Assembly: GCA_039024555.1 (NCBI GenBank)
Contig: JBCCQQ010000002.1
Coordinates: 96,001-160,000 of the forward strand
Direction of reading: 5' to 3'
Length of the DNA: 64,000 nt
Source: Cyanobacteria bacterium P01_D01_bin.156
Lineage (GTDB): Bacteria; Cyanobacteriota; Cyanobacteriia; Phormidesmidales; Phormidesmidaceae
The notes under the pieces were generated by a model. The model was not told the DNA's origin and made no database searches. It saw nothing but the letters and a program-made list of their open reading frames with translations. Positions 11,060-21,127 of this stretch are shown here, one piece after another. The position numbers and the translations under genes are program-made. Each line of letters begins with the position of its first letter. The stretch's first letter is position 1.

Positions 11060-11962
11060 GTGGTTTCGGTGGCAACACGCCCTTCAACGGTACTCAGACG
11101 AGTGCCTAAGGAGCTTTTGGATCCAGACGGCGGATTTAGTTTGGATTTACTAATCTTTATAGGAGCAATATTCCTGGTTGTCGTCTCAACATTTGGGTAT
11201 TTTGCCGAGTTTCTTCCCCACTGGGTTTGCTTTGTCTTAAACACGGTGGCATTGCATTTAGTAGGCACTGTTATTCATGACGCTTCCCATAATTCAGCCC
11301 ACAGCAATCGCATTGTTAATGCTGTACTGGGACACGGCAGTGCCCTAATGCTGGGGTTTACGTTTCCCGTATTTACCCGCGTTCATCTACAACACCATGC
11401 CAACGTAAACGATCCAGAAAACGACCCCGACCATTTTGTGTCCACTTGCGGTCCTCTATGGCTCATTGCTCCGCGTTTTTTTTACCACGAGATTTACTTC
11501 TTCCAGCGACGGCTGTGGAAAAAATATGAGCTTCTAGAATGGTTTCTTAGTCGCTTAACGGTTGGATTGCTTATTTATTCCGCCTGTCATTTTGGCTTTC
11601 TTAATTACTTTACTAACTACTGGTTTTCGCCAGCATTAGTGGTGGGTGTAGCCCTCGGACTATTTTTTGACTATCTACCCCACCGCCCTTTTGAGGAGCG
11701 TAACCGCTGGAAAAATGCTCGCGTTTATCCGGGGCAATTGCTCAATCTGTTAATTATGGGGCAGAACTACCACCTAGTACATCACCTCTGGCCTTCGATT
11801 CCTTGGTACAAGTACAAGCCAGCCTATGAGGTGATGAAGCCCTTACTAGATGAAAAGGGGTCTCCTCAGTCTCTAGGATTAATGCGACGTAAGGACTTCT
11901 GGGGGTTTGTCTATGACATTTTTCTGGGCATTCGCTTTCATCACCACAAGAAGGATTCCTAG
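11060..11962 (+). CDS. crtR: Beta-carotene hydroxylase
   Basis: His boxes HDASH, HLQHH, HLVHH; DPENDPDH and FFDYLPHRPF typical of CrtR. Confidence 0.93.
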   Translation: MVSVATRPSTVLRRVPKELLDPDGGFSLDLLIFIGAIFLVVVSTFGYFAEFLPHWVCFVLNTVALHLVGTVIHDASHNSAHSNRIVNAVLGHGSALMLGFTFPVFTRVHLQHHANVNDPENDPDHFVSTCGPLWLIAPRFFYHEIYFFQRRLWKKYELLEWFLSRLTVGLLIYSACHFGFLNYFTNYWFSPALVVGVALGLFFDYLPHRPFEERNRWKNARVYPGQLLNLLIMGQNYHLVHHLWPSIPWYKYKPAYEVMKPLLDEKGSPQSLGLMRRKDFWGFVYDIFLGIRFHHHKKDS

Positions 11963-11981
11963 GATCAAATAATAAGGTTCA

Positions 11982-12023
11982 AAAACAAGCGGATGGAAGC
12001 TCACACTCCCATCCGCTTGTTTT
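11982..12023. terminator. Bidirectional intrinsic terminator between convergent crtR and aroH
   Basis: aaaacaagcggatgg ... ccatccgcttgtttt. Confidence 0.75.
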
Positions 12024-12063
12024 ATGCAATTCAGCTGTCCTCTAACAAGCTCAGTCAATTTCA

Positions 12064-12465
12064 CTAGATCAGGGCTAAATCAGGTCTCAGGTCACTAGCT
12101 CCCCGGAGATAGGGGTGATAAATCTGAGTTTGGGGAAGCGCCGTGTAAACATGGATTAGAAACCGAATACACATGGGCAAACTACCGGCTACTTTCATGT
12201 GCTGTACATCAAGTAGGGGCACTGTGTCCCAATTAGGGCGTTGACGCGCGATCGCAGCAGGGAAGATGGCATCTAAATCCGATGTTACCGAAAATGTCAC
12301 GCTGACTATGTCATCAGTATTCAGAGAATTATGGGCTTCTAGGGCATCCAATAGCTCAGTAACCGCCTCCGTCATCGCAGCTATTGAATTCTCCGGCACG
12401 GTTGTCGCCCCTCGAATTGCTCGCACTCGCCAGTTACCCAAATCCGCTTGCTGCATTTTGCCCAT
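12064..12465 (-). CDS. aroH: Chorismate mutase, AroH class
   Basis: VRAIRGATT, DLDAIFPAAIAR, CIR, YLRGAxxLRPD. Confidence 0.95.
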   Translation of the reverse strand: MGKMQQADLGNWRVRAIRGATTVPENSIAAMTEAVTELLDALEAHNSLNTDDIVSVTFSVTSDLDAIFPAAIARQRPNWDTVPLLDVQHMKVAGSLPMCIRFLIHVYTALPQTQIYHPYLRGASDLRPDLALI

Positions 12466-12545
12466 TCCTGATACTTTTCCCGATTGCCTCTGCCATTAAC
12501 TTTAGGCTTAAACCATAAGTATTCTAAGTGTTTCCCATACCTAAA

Positions 12546-13403
12546 CTATCGTCCCAAAGGTCCTGGGAATGTGGCACCAGGCACTTGGTAAAGCCATAGA
12601 GGAAGACCTTGGTACGCTAACTCAAATTCCAACCAGTTCAGCACTTGAGGGCTCATCCAAACAGCCGCCTGCTGATTACCCGGCAAAAGTTTGTTCCAGA
12701 ACGGTTTTCGCTCTTCAATCGTATAAATCTCAGTTTTCTCCGGATCCAGCCCCGCTAACTCTGCAGCCCAACGACGAGCATCTGCTTCGGTACCAAGACG
12801 ATCCACTACCCCTAGCTCTAAAGCCTGGGCACCCGTAAAAATTCGACCGTCCGCAAACCCGCGTACCGTCTCCTCCTCTAAATTACGGGCCGTAGCAATC
12901 GTGGATACAAACTGCCCGTAGCTAACATCAATTAGCTCCTGCAAAATAGTCTGTTCCGGCTGAGTCAGTTCCCGGTCAAAGGACAAAATATCCTTGTAAG
13001 GGCCTGACTTAATCACCTTGAAAGACACTCCCACCTTATCCAACAAGCGCTCTAGGTTATTGCCCCGCAAAATCACCCCGATACTGCCTGTAATGGTGCC
13101 TGGATTAGTCACAATGTGCTGTGCGCCCATGCCAATATACACACCGCCAGACGCCGAAATATTGCCAAAGCTGGCAACAATTTTGACTGTCTCCTGTAGT
13201 TGCTTGAGGGCACTGTAAATTTCTTGGGAATCCCCGACCGTGCCACCTGGGCTATCAATCCGTAGAAGTAAGGCTGGAAACTTCTTTTCCTTAACCTCTT
13301 CAAGGGCCTCCAGCACTCGCTTTCGGGTTCCACCGGCAATTGCTCCCGAAATTTCAATGCGGGCAATCTGCTTACGAAATCGTGGCTTGAATGGCCAAAT
13401 CAT
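12546..13403 (-). CDS. sppA: Signal peptide peptidase SppA (short S49 form); start placed at MIWPFK
   Basis: RIDSPGG, ASGGVY, ITGSIGV, KSGPYKD, DGRIFTG. Confidence 0.92.
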   Translation of the reverse strand: MIWPFKPRFRKQIARIEISGAIAGGTRKRVLEALEEVKEKKFPALLLRIDSPGGTVGDSQEIYSALKQLQETVKIVASFGNISASGGVYIGMGAQHIVTNPGTITGSIGVILRGNNLERLLDKVGVSFKVIKSGPYKDILSFDRELTQPEQTILQELIDVSYGQFVSTIATARNLEEETVRGFADGRIFTGAQALELGVVDRLGTEADARRWAAELAGLDPEKTEIYTIEERKPFWNKLLPGNQQAAVWMSPQVLNWLEFELAYQGLPLWLYQVPGATFPGPLGR

Positions 13404-13562
13404 AGACGGCAATACAATAAACAACTAGCAGTTCCGATCATTACCACACATGCACAGCGAACTGAGCAAAGCAATAGGGAAATGACTTGGCCAGACTGGC
13501 CATCACAACTTAACATTCCTTTATGATAAGGCTAACGGTAGCCTATCCAACTTCCCCATAGC

Positions 13563-14672
13563 ATGGCGTTGAATCTAGAGAAAACCCCGCTCCCCCTACT
13601 AATTGCTCCTTTCTTTCTGTGGGGGACGGCTATGGTAGCCATGAAGGGAGTCATCGATACAACCACGCCCTTGTTTCTGGCAACCATGAGGTTAATTCCT
13701 GCTGGGGTCATGGTTTTAATTGCAGCTGCTTATCTAGGCCGAAAACAGCCACGAACTTGGCAAGGATGGGCTTGGATTGGTGGATTTTCCCTAGTTGATG
13801 GCATGCTGTTTCAGGGGTTTTTAGCGGAAGGGCTACAGCGTACAGGTGCAGGCCTGGGTTCGGTGATGATTGATTCACAGCCTATCGCCGTTGCCGTAAT
13901 GGCCCGATTTTTATTTCAAGAAGTGGTTGGGCCTTTAGGCTGGCTGGGACTCGCCATTGGGGTGGTGGGTATTAGTTTCTTGGGGCTTCCCGATGCCTGG
14001 ATTTTGCACGTACTTTCAAGTATCAAAACGGGAATGGCTACTGGCCAATGGCCAACTCTATCGAACAGTTTTATCACAACCACACCGACAGACAATCTTT
14101 GGGAGCTGCTGCTCAGTCGCGGAGAATGGCTCATGCTACTGGCGGCTTTGTCCATGGCCGTTGGCACTATTATGATTGCCTATGTGTCTAAGCACGTTGA
14201 TCCGGTAGTAGCAACGGGCTGGCACATGATTTTTGGGGGTCTACCGCTGTTGGGTTTATCGGTCTACACAGAGGTTCAGCAGTGGCAAAGTATCCCCATC
14301 TCTGGTTGGCTAGCCATTGCCTACTCCACTATTTTTGGTAGTGCGATCGCCTATGGCATATTTTTCTATTTAGCTTCCCAAGGGAACTTAACTAGCCTAA
14401 GTGCTCTGACATTTCTGACCCCAGTCTTTGCCTTAACCTTCAGCACATTGCTGCTGTCAGAGAGTCTCACAGAGATTCAGTGGTGCGGTGTTGTTTTAAC
14501 CCTCATCAGTATCTACTTGGTCAATCAACGCACTATCATTAGCCAAACATGGTTTCGAGTTCTGACTGAACCCTCCACCACAAATATGCTTAGTACCCTG
14601 AATCCTGAACTCGCTAAATCAGTTGTAGTTTGGGCAAAATCCCATCTTCACTTGGAACCACCCGCTGAATAA
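13563..14672 (+). CDS. DMT/EamA family transporter
   Basis: About 10 TM helices, two EamA repeats (FFLWGTAMVAMK; LTFLTPVFA). Confidence 0.88.
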   Translation: MALNLEKTPLPLLIAPFFLWGTAMVAMKGVIDTTTPLFLATMRLIPAGVMVLIAAAYLGRKQPRTWQGWAWIGGFSLVDGMLFQGFLAEGLQRTGAGLGSVMIDSQPIAVAVMARFLFQEVVGPLGWLGLAIGVVGISFLGLPDAWILHVLSSIKTGMATGQWPTLSNSFITTTPTDNLWELLLSRGEWLMLLAALSMAVGTIMIAYVSKHVDPVVATGWHMIFGGLPLLGLSVYTEVQQWQSIPISGWLAIAYSTIFGSAIAYGIFFYLASQGNLTSLSALTFLTPVFALTFSTLLLSESLTEIQWCGVVLTLISIYLVNQRTIISQTWFRVLTEPSTTNMLSTLNPELAKSVVVWAKSHLHLEPPAE

Positions 14673-15082
14673 TTCATCCCCTCAACACAAGTTTCTAACG
14701 ACAGAAAAACACATCGGGTCTTTATATTCAAAGCCTATATACAAAAAGTTCTTGATAAATTAAGGGCAAGTGTCATCGGTTGCCATGTGATTTTTAGATA
14801 CTGTAGTTACAAACCATAGGCTGTACATTGCGGGGGTGAATTTGGGTACAGTTATGGTGTCATGCGGTGCTATTTTCGGTGAACTAGAGCGGTATTTTTA
14901 TTTCTTGGGTTGTCTGCTGGCCAACTCTTGCAGACCTCTAAAGCATGTCCCGACCAGGCCTCTCTAACAGATATCCGAAACAGCCTGGTTATTTATGGAT
15001 TTAACAGAAATCTGCTGTTAGCCCACTGAATAGACAATCTAAACGGTGAACGTAGGAAGCAGATACTGAATACTGAACTAAT

Positions 15083-16522
15083 ATGATTTGGCGCTCTACT
15101 CTAGTATTCTTGACAAGCCTTGCAGCCTTCACGGTTTCAGTCGAAAATTTGCAGGCCAAGGCTGAAGATATTCGGTTCTTGTTAGCGCAATCTTCATTAG
15201 TTGATCCAAACGCTGCCGTAGATACAGGTCAAGCCGTACCTAACTTTAACCAAGCAACGACCTCCCAGAACAGTCCTCTAGTTCAAGAACAGCGCGAAGA
15301 GATTAAAACACTTCAACAAGAGTTAAGCAACCGTGGTTACTATCACGGCCCAATCGATGGTATCTACGGTCCTGGCACTGAAGCTGCTGTTCAAAAGCTG
15401 CGGGGCCAAACGGGAAATATAGCAGCGCCAACATCTATTCCGTCCACGTTGGGTTCACCTGAGCCGCTCAGTGAGCCAACGGCTCCAGCCTCAGCAGATG
15501 CTTCCCCCAATATTGACAGTGGCTCGATAAATTCTGAAATTGACAGTGGCTCGATAAATTCTGAAGACGGCAATCCTGTTAGCGATGACGCTCAGTCTGA
15601 AAATGATGCCGAACCCGCTGAAAATTTGGACAATGACGCTGAAACCACTGAAAATTTTGACGCTGAGCCTGTTCCACCGCCCACCAGACCGAGTCCCATG
15701 CTATGGGCAGGGTTGGCCGTACTCGCTGCCCTTGGCAGTTTTGGCATTGGGTTTATTTTGGTCAATCGTTCCCATGGCCATGACGAGGAAGAGGAAGCAT
15801 CATGGGGTATTCCAACAGACATTTCTTCACTCAATAACAACAGTCGTGAAATGGCCGCGTCTAATGGGCATGGGCTTCCCCAAGAGGCACACCATCGGAA
15901 TGGACCCCATGGTTTAGCAGTAGCCTCCTCTACCGCTAAACCAACGACCCTACCTCCAGACAACGTATCGGTGATGCCGATTAGCAATGGAAATGGGGGC
16001 CTGTCCACCACCACTCGATTAGCTCAGGTGGATGTTATTGACGAGCTAGTGGCTAATTTGCAGGTGGCTGATCCTGCTAAACGAAGAAAAGCCATTTGGG
16101 AGCTAGGGCAACGGGGAAATTCTTCAGCCGTTCACCACTTGGTGAACAACATGGTAGACACTGACTCTAAGGAAAAAAGTCTTATTCTGGCGGCCCTGTC
16201 AGAAATTGGCATTCGTTCTTTAAAGCCCATGAGCCGAGCCCTGGCAATCGCACTGCAGGATGAAAATCCAGATGTCCGAAAAAATGCGATTCGTGATCTT
16301 ACTCGGGTATATGATCTGGTGACCCAAATCAGCCAGATGTTGGGCCACGCCACCGAAGATGAAGACCCTGAGGTCCGCCGCACAGCAGAATGGGCCATGG
16401 GGCAGCTAAATCGAATTCGGGAAGCACCTAAATTAAGCTCCGCAGTCAACAAAAATGGCTTAGACGCTTCTCATGCGTCTTCAGAACTCCTGCCTGGAGA
16501 TATGGAAAATCTTAAAAACTAG
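15083..16522 (+). CDS. Membrane protein: signal peptide, peptidoglycan-binding domain, acidic/Pro linker, TM helix, C-terminal HEAT repeats
   Basis: LQQELSNRGYYHGPIDGIYGPGTEAAV (PG_binding_1-like); RRKAIWELG, DENPDVRKNAI, DEDPEVRRTAEWAM (HEAT). Confidence 0.8.
   Translation: MIWRSTLVFLTSLAAFTVSVENLQAKAEDIRFLLAQSSLVDPNAAVDTGQAVPNFNQATTSQNSPLVQEQREEIKTLQQELSNRGYYHGPIDGIYGPGTEAAVQKLRGQTGNIAAPTSIPSTLGSPEPLSEPTAPASADASPNIDSGSINSEIDSGSINSEDGNPVSDDAQSENDAEPAENLDNDAETTENFDAEPVPPPTRPSPMLWAGLAVLAALGSFGIGFILVNRSHGHDEEEEASWGIPTDISSLNNNSREMAASNGHGLPQEAHHRNGPHGLAVASSTAKPTTLPPDNVSVMPISNGNGGLSTTTRLAQVDVIDELVANLQVADPAKRRKAIWELGQRGNSSAVHHLVNNMVDTDSKEKSLILAALSEIGIRSLKPMSRALAIALQDENPDVRKNAIRDLTRVYDLVTQISQMLGHATEDEDPEVRRTAEWAMGQLNRIREAPKLSSAVNKNGLDASHASSELLPGDMENLKN
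15512..15565 (+). repeat. Exact in-frame 27-bp tandem duplication (IDSGSINSE x2)
   Basis: attgacagtggctcgataaattctgaa twice. Confidence 0.9.
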
Positions 16523-16651
16523 GTCATGGCGACCTCAATTATCTGGGCGGGCTAACTTCTGTCAGTACAGCTTTTGATAGACAATCTGCGCTTGTTATGG
16601 GTTGGTGAACTGCCCCATGATCGTATAGGGTCATAGAGCTCAGCTGATGAC

Positions 16652-17737
16652 ATGGTAATGGAGCAAGGCTTAAACATACTATTTGTTTCTACCCCTGTGG
16701 GCCCTTTGGGGTCTGGCTTGGGAGGGGGTGTGGAACTTACTATTGTGAACTTAGTAACCGCCCTACAACAGCGGGGACATCAGATTGCGATCGCAGCCCC
16801 CGAAAACTCTCATCTCAATGATGTCCAACTGATCCAAATTCCGGGACTACTTCAGCCTAGAGCCCACACCCAGGGACGCGATACACCCGCAACTATGATA
16901 GAAAATGCGGTCCTTGCCAATCAGTGGCACTACGCCCGCAGCGTTCAGTCGGACTACGACCTGATTGTCAATTTTGCCTACGACTGGTTGCCCCTATATC
17001 TCACATCTTTTTTCCAAACACCCATTGCCCACTTCATCAGCATGGGTTCCCTCAGTCGGGTCATGGATCACGCTATCAATCGTATCCACGATAAGTACCC
17101 TGGCACCCTCGGAGCCTATACTCAATCTCAAATCGAAACCTTTCCACTAGAGATTCACTGGGAACTACTCAGCAGCGCTATCGATCTACAGCAGTATAAC
17201 TACTGCGCCACCCCTAGCACCGAACTCGTATGGCTAGGTCGTATTTCTCCAGAAAAAGGACTAGAAGACGCCGTCGCCGCTGTTCAACAGACAGGCCATA
17301 CCCTCAAAATCTTAGGCAAGCTCGAAAATCAAGAATACTGGAACAGTATTCAGCAAACCTATCCCAATGCCCCCATCGACTATCTAGGATTTGTAAATAC
17401 CCAGCAATTACAGACAGTTGTCCGGTCTTGTCGAGGTTTGCTCATGACCCCTCGCTGGGTCGAAGCCTTTGGTAATGTGGCCATTGAAGCTTTAGCCTGT
17501 GGAGTCCCAGTGATTGCCTATCGGCGCGGTGGCCCAGCTGAGATCATCGATCAGGGTATAACCGGTTGGCTCGTGGAGCCCGACAGTGTGGATGGATTGG
17601 TGGATAGCATCCAAAAATTAGACCAAATCGACCGTCAGCAGTGCCGCCAGCAGGCCGAAACCCTATACTCATTAGCAGCTCTGGGAGAAAGATTTGAACA
17701 TTGGTTTGAGAAAATATTAGCTTTGCATTCTTCATAA
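16652..17737 (+). CDS. Glycosyltransferase family 4
   Basis: GGGVE, LGRISPEKG, EAFGNVAIEALACGVPVI. Confidence 0.9.
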   Translation: MVMEQGLNILFVSTPVGPLGSGLGGGVELTIVNLVTALQQRGHQIAIAAPENSHLNDVQLIQIPGLLQPRAHTQGRDTPATMIENAVLANQWHYARSVQSDYDLIVNFAYDWLPLYLTSFFQTPIAHFISMGSLSRVMDHAINRIHDKYPGTLGAYTQSQIETFPLEIHWELLSSAIDLQQYNYCATPSTELVWLGRISPEKGLEDAVAAVQQTGHTLKILGKLENQEYWNSIQQTYPNAPIDYLGFVNTQQLQTVVRSCRGLLMTPRWVEAFGNVAIEALACGVPVIAYRRGGPAEIIDQGITGWLVEPDSVDGLVDSIQKLDQIDRQQCRQQAETLYSLAALGERFEHWFEKILALHSS

Positions 17738-17740
17738 CCC

Positions 17741-18127
17741 ATGATTTCCATTCCCTTATCTGAAATTACGCAGCTAATCGAGCAGCTTAGCGACTATCCT
17801 GAAGCCTTGCGATCGCTCCAAGAAATTGAAGACTGTGATGGCGATCTCAACGATGCAGCCCTTTCCCTAGCCCTAAAAGCGGGCCTAGAACCCACTGAAA
17901 ACGACGGTTGGCTTCAAGGGTTTGCCAAACGCTACCGTCATATTGCCTGTCTAAATGAGTTTCGTACTGACTTAGCAGAGCAACGAATCATCAGCTTAGT
18001 CAACAGTCTCACCCAAACTAGTCACTGCCCCAATCTCTTAGCTGTCCCCGTCGCCTTATATGTCAGCAAAGTCGGAATCAACACATTTTGTCAAAGTTTT
18101 GACAACAGCCGGGTCGCCATAGATTAA
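17741..18127 (+). CDS. Hypothetical protein
   Basis: 128-aa ORF starting 3 nt after the GT4 stop, protein-like composition. Confidence 0.65.
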   Translation: MISIPLSEITQLIEQLSDYPEALRSLQEIEDCDGDLNDAALSLALKAGLEPTENDGWLQGFAKRYRHIACLNEFRTDLAEQRIISLVNSLTQTSHCPNLLAVPVALYVSKVGINTFCQSFDNSRVAID

Positions 18128-18397
18128 AAAAATTAATATAACTTCGCGCTCAGTGTCATCCATCAGGAAAATACCCAAAAGCATTGTGGGGAGAGGCTTT
18201 AAGGCAAAGTAGTTAACTTAAAGCATGCTGCAGATTGCGATCCAAAAAGGGCATGTTAGAGCTGTGCATCATCAAACTTCGTTGTTTGTTCCTTGCGAAA
18301 ACGGAATTTGATTGGTGTGACCTGTATTGATTTCAATAGCGGCTACTTTTTAGAGTCGTTTGTAACAGACACCCGAACCACTGATAGGAGTTTGGCA

Positions 18398-18742
18398 ATG
18401 ACACGCGCAATTGACCGTCACAGCAGCATTACCCTCACCACTTTAGAAGGCGTACCCGGCAAAGACATCGTTGAACACTATGGCCTAGTCCAAGGCAGTA
18501 CTATTCGCGCTAAGCACGTGGGCAAAGATATTTTGGCGGGCTTTAAGAATATCGTCGGCGGCGAGCTCAAAGCCTATACCGAACTCCTTAAAGAATCCCG
18601 TCAAGAAGCTGTGAATCGTATGACCCAACAAGCCGAACAGCTAGGGGCTAACGCCGTCATCAACATCCGTTTTGCCACATCATCTGTTGCCCCCGGAGCA
18701 GCCGAACTATTCGCCTACGGCACCGCTGTTAAGGTGCAGTAG
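18398..18742 (+). CDS. YbjQ/UPF0145 (heavy-metal-binding domain) family protein; start placed at ATG after AGGAG
   Basis: GLVQGSTIRAKHVGKDILAGFKNIVGGE, LGANAVINIRF, AYGTAV. Confidence 0.9.
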   Translation: MTRAIDRHSSITLTTLEGVPGKDIVEHYGLVQGSTIRAKHVGKDILAGFKNIVGGELKAYTELLKESRQEAVNRMTQQAEQLGANAVINIRFATSSVAPGAAELFAYGTAVKVQ

Positions 18743-18776
18743 CCAGCGCTAATCGGTAGTAACCCAAGAACAGATT

Positions 18777-19214
18777 ATGGATATTCTCGTTTTTCTAACT
18801 CTGATTAGCATCGGCTACTTCATCGGTAACCGCCGTGAACGGAAGCACTACGAAGACATTAAACGCCGAGAAAAACAAACTCTCCATGTCCCCGTGATGA
18901 ACTGGGGGGCAAAACAAAACTTACCCTATGCCCACGAAGCCGAAATGTTTGTGGGCAGTGTCGTCGTGGCCAATGATTATTTCAAAACCATTGCTGCCAG
19001 TTTACGGAATCTCGTGGGCGGGCGCGTTACCGTATACGAAACCCTGATTGACCGTGGACGCAGAGAAGCCACACTGAGGATGAAAGAATCTGCCATCGAG
19101 TGGGGAGCCTCTCAAATTCTCAATATTCGCTTTGAAACTGCCAACATTGCTGGCCAAACTAAAGGCGGTATGGGTGCGGTAGAAGTCATGGTTTACGGCA
19201 CCGGGATCCGTTAA
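18777..19214 (+). CDS. YbjQ/UPF0145 family protein with N-terminal TM anchor
   Basis: DYFKxxxASLRNLVGG, RGRREA, IRFET, VYGTG. Confidence 0.85.
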   Translation: MDILVFLTLISIGYFIGNRRERKHYEDIKRREKQTLHVPVMNWGAKQNLPYAHEAEMFVGSVVVANDYFKTIAASLRNLVGGRVTVYETLIDRGRREATLRMKESAIEWGASQILNIRFETANIAGQTKGGMGAVEVMVYGTGIR

Positions 19215-19229
19215 ATAGGGTGTCAATTT

Positions 19230-19308
19230 AAGTCGGAAAATCTTGGCTAGAACTGACTTAGGAAGTCTGAAAGGATAGGAATTCCGACTTCCTAAGTCCG
19301 ACTTCCTA
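19230..19308. repeat. Cluster of short direct and inverted copies of tccgacttcctaa / ttaggaagtc
   Basis: aagtcgga (19230), ttaggaagtc (19258), tccgacttcctaa twice in tandem (19283-19309). Confidence 0.6.
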
Positions 19309-19357
19309 ATTTTAGTTTCCTGGGAAACTCATCCCGTTCTATGTTGGTAGCCGCTAA

Positions 19358-20191
19358 ATGAAGTACGTGCCCCGCGAAATTGTCGATGAAGTCAACATTA
19401 CTCCAGTTCATCCACTGGTGAATTTTGGCTATTTAATTGGCACTGTCGTAGCCGCCGCCATCGCTGTTTATGTTGGCTTGGGGGTAGCTGGCGCTCAGCT
19501 AGCCACACGGCTCGGGCCAAAAGCCGAAAGTAAAGTAGGCGAGGTAATTTTTGACAACGTATTTTCTGCGATGCCTTTGGTCACCGAAGGCGAAGACTTT
19601 GAATACCTGGAAACCCTAGCCAATGCTCTACGCAGCGATGCACTAAAACAGCGTCCCGAGCTAAAGCTGCATATTCTAAAAGACCCAATGCCCAATGCCA
19701 TGGTGTCTGCAGGGGGCTACATATATGTCACTGAGGGATTGCTGAATGATGCCGAGACAGAAAATGAACTCGCTTTTGTGCTGGCTCATGAGTTAGGACA
19801 CTACGAACATCGCGACAACCTGCGTAGTCTGGGACGTTCTCTAGTGTTGCTGAGCCTGAGCAGCGCTCTGGCCGCTAGCGGCGTACAGTTACCACAAGTT
19901 TTAACAGGTTCTATGGGGCTGGCGAACTTACACTACAGCCGTGACCAGGAACAAAAAGCAGATGTTTACGCATTGGAGATTATTCAGGAACGCTATGGAC
20001 ACGTAGACTATGCCCTAGACTTTTTTAAGCGTCTAGATGAAGAAGAGTTCGATCTTGGCGTAGCCGAGCGACTCTTGGAATGGCAATCCACCCATCCCCT
20101 CACAGAATCTCGCATTGAACAGTTAGAGGAATTGGCGAACAGACAAGGCTGGCCCCTGGAAGGTACCCCCACTGAGTTACCCAATAAGTAA
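19358..20191 (+). CDS. M48 family Zn metallopeptidase
   Basis: PNA, ELAFVLAHELGH (HExxH), YSRDQEQKAD, STHP. Confidence 0.92.
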   Translation: MKYVPREIVDEVNITPVHPLVNFGYLIGTVVAAAIAVYVGLGVAGAQLATRLGPKAESKVGEVIFDNVFSAMPLVTEGEDFEYLETLANALRSDALKQRPELKLHILKDPMPNAMVSAGGYIYVTEGLLNDAETENELAFVLAHELGHYEHRDNLRSLGRSLVLLSLSSALAASGVQLPQVLTGSMGLANLHYSRDQEQKADVYALEIIQERYGHVDYALDFFKRLDEEEFDLGVAERLLEWQSTHPLTESRIEQLEELANRQGWPLEGTPTELPNK

Positions 20192-20238
20192 GGATTTGGT
20201 GGAGATAGCTATGATGAGGACAGTTTTGGGGGTAGATC

Positions 20239-20997
20239 ATGCCGTCTCCACTGCCTGGAATGAATCCCTTTATAGAGCAGCCAGAGCTATGGCCTGAGTT
20301 CCATAGTCGAATGATCGTTGCGATCGCTGACTCATTAGACGAATTACTCAGTCGTAATTATCGAGTTGCTGTAGAAAAGCGAGTTTACCTGAGCCAAAAC
20401 GACGAACAAATTTTAGTCGGCATCCCAGATGTAGCGGTTACCTCCCCTAAAAAAACACCTGACAGCCTGAGGGGCGGAAATATTGCTTTCGCTGAACCTC
20501 AAATAGTCGAGATACCACAACTTGAAGAAGTTCAGGAACGCTATTTAGAAATCCGTGAAGGGGGTAAGGGAACAGTAATCACTACCATTGAACTGCTGTC
20601 CCCTAAAAACAAACGCTCTGGAGAAAGGCGAGATGCTTATTTAAGCAAACGCCAGCAGGTATTGAGTAGTCGAACAAATTTAGTAGAAATCGATTTACTG
20701 CGGGGCGGACGACCTTTACCCATCAAGGGAAACGTATCTTCCGACTATCGAGTTCTGATTAGTCGTAGTCATGAACGCCCCCAGGCACAGCTTTATGGTT
20801 TCAATCTAGACCAAACAATTCCAGCATTTGAGGTGCCATTACAAAGAAACGACGCATCACCAACGCTGGCACTACAGCCGTTGCTCCACCGCATCTATGA
20901 TAGAGCCCGATTTGAATTGGCCATCGACTACAACCACACACTTTCGCCACAGTTGAGGCCGGTAGAACAACAATGGATACTAGACTTCATTGGGTAA
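20239..20997 (+). CDS. DUF4058 family protein
   Basis: MPSPLPGMNPFIE, PDVAV, ERYLEIR, IELLSPKNK, LVEIDLLRGG. Confidence 0.85.
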   Translation: MPSPLPGMNPFIEQPELWPEFHSRMIVAIADSLDELLSRNYRVAVEKRVYLSQNDEQILVGIPDVAVTSPKKTPDSLRGGNIAFAEPQIVEIPQLEEVQERYLEIREGGKGTVITTIELLSPKNKRSGERRDAYLSKRQQVLSSRTNLVEIDLLRGGRPLPIKGNVSSDYRVLISRSHERPQAQLYGFNLDQTIPAFEVPLQRNDASPTLALQPLLHRIYDRARFELAIDYNHTLSPQLRPVEQQWILDFIG

Positions 20998-21127
20998 ACA
21001 CGGCACCCCATTTCAACGAATAAGACTAGAATCGACTTTTCTCAAATAGTTTCGAAACATATGATCAGCAGTCTTGTGTTTACCTTTACCACCTGTAATC
21101 TATCTCGTGCCGATAGGTAGATTGCGT

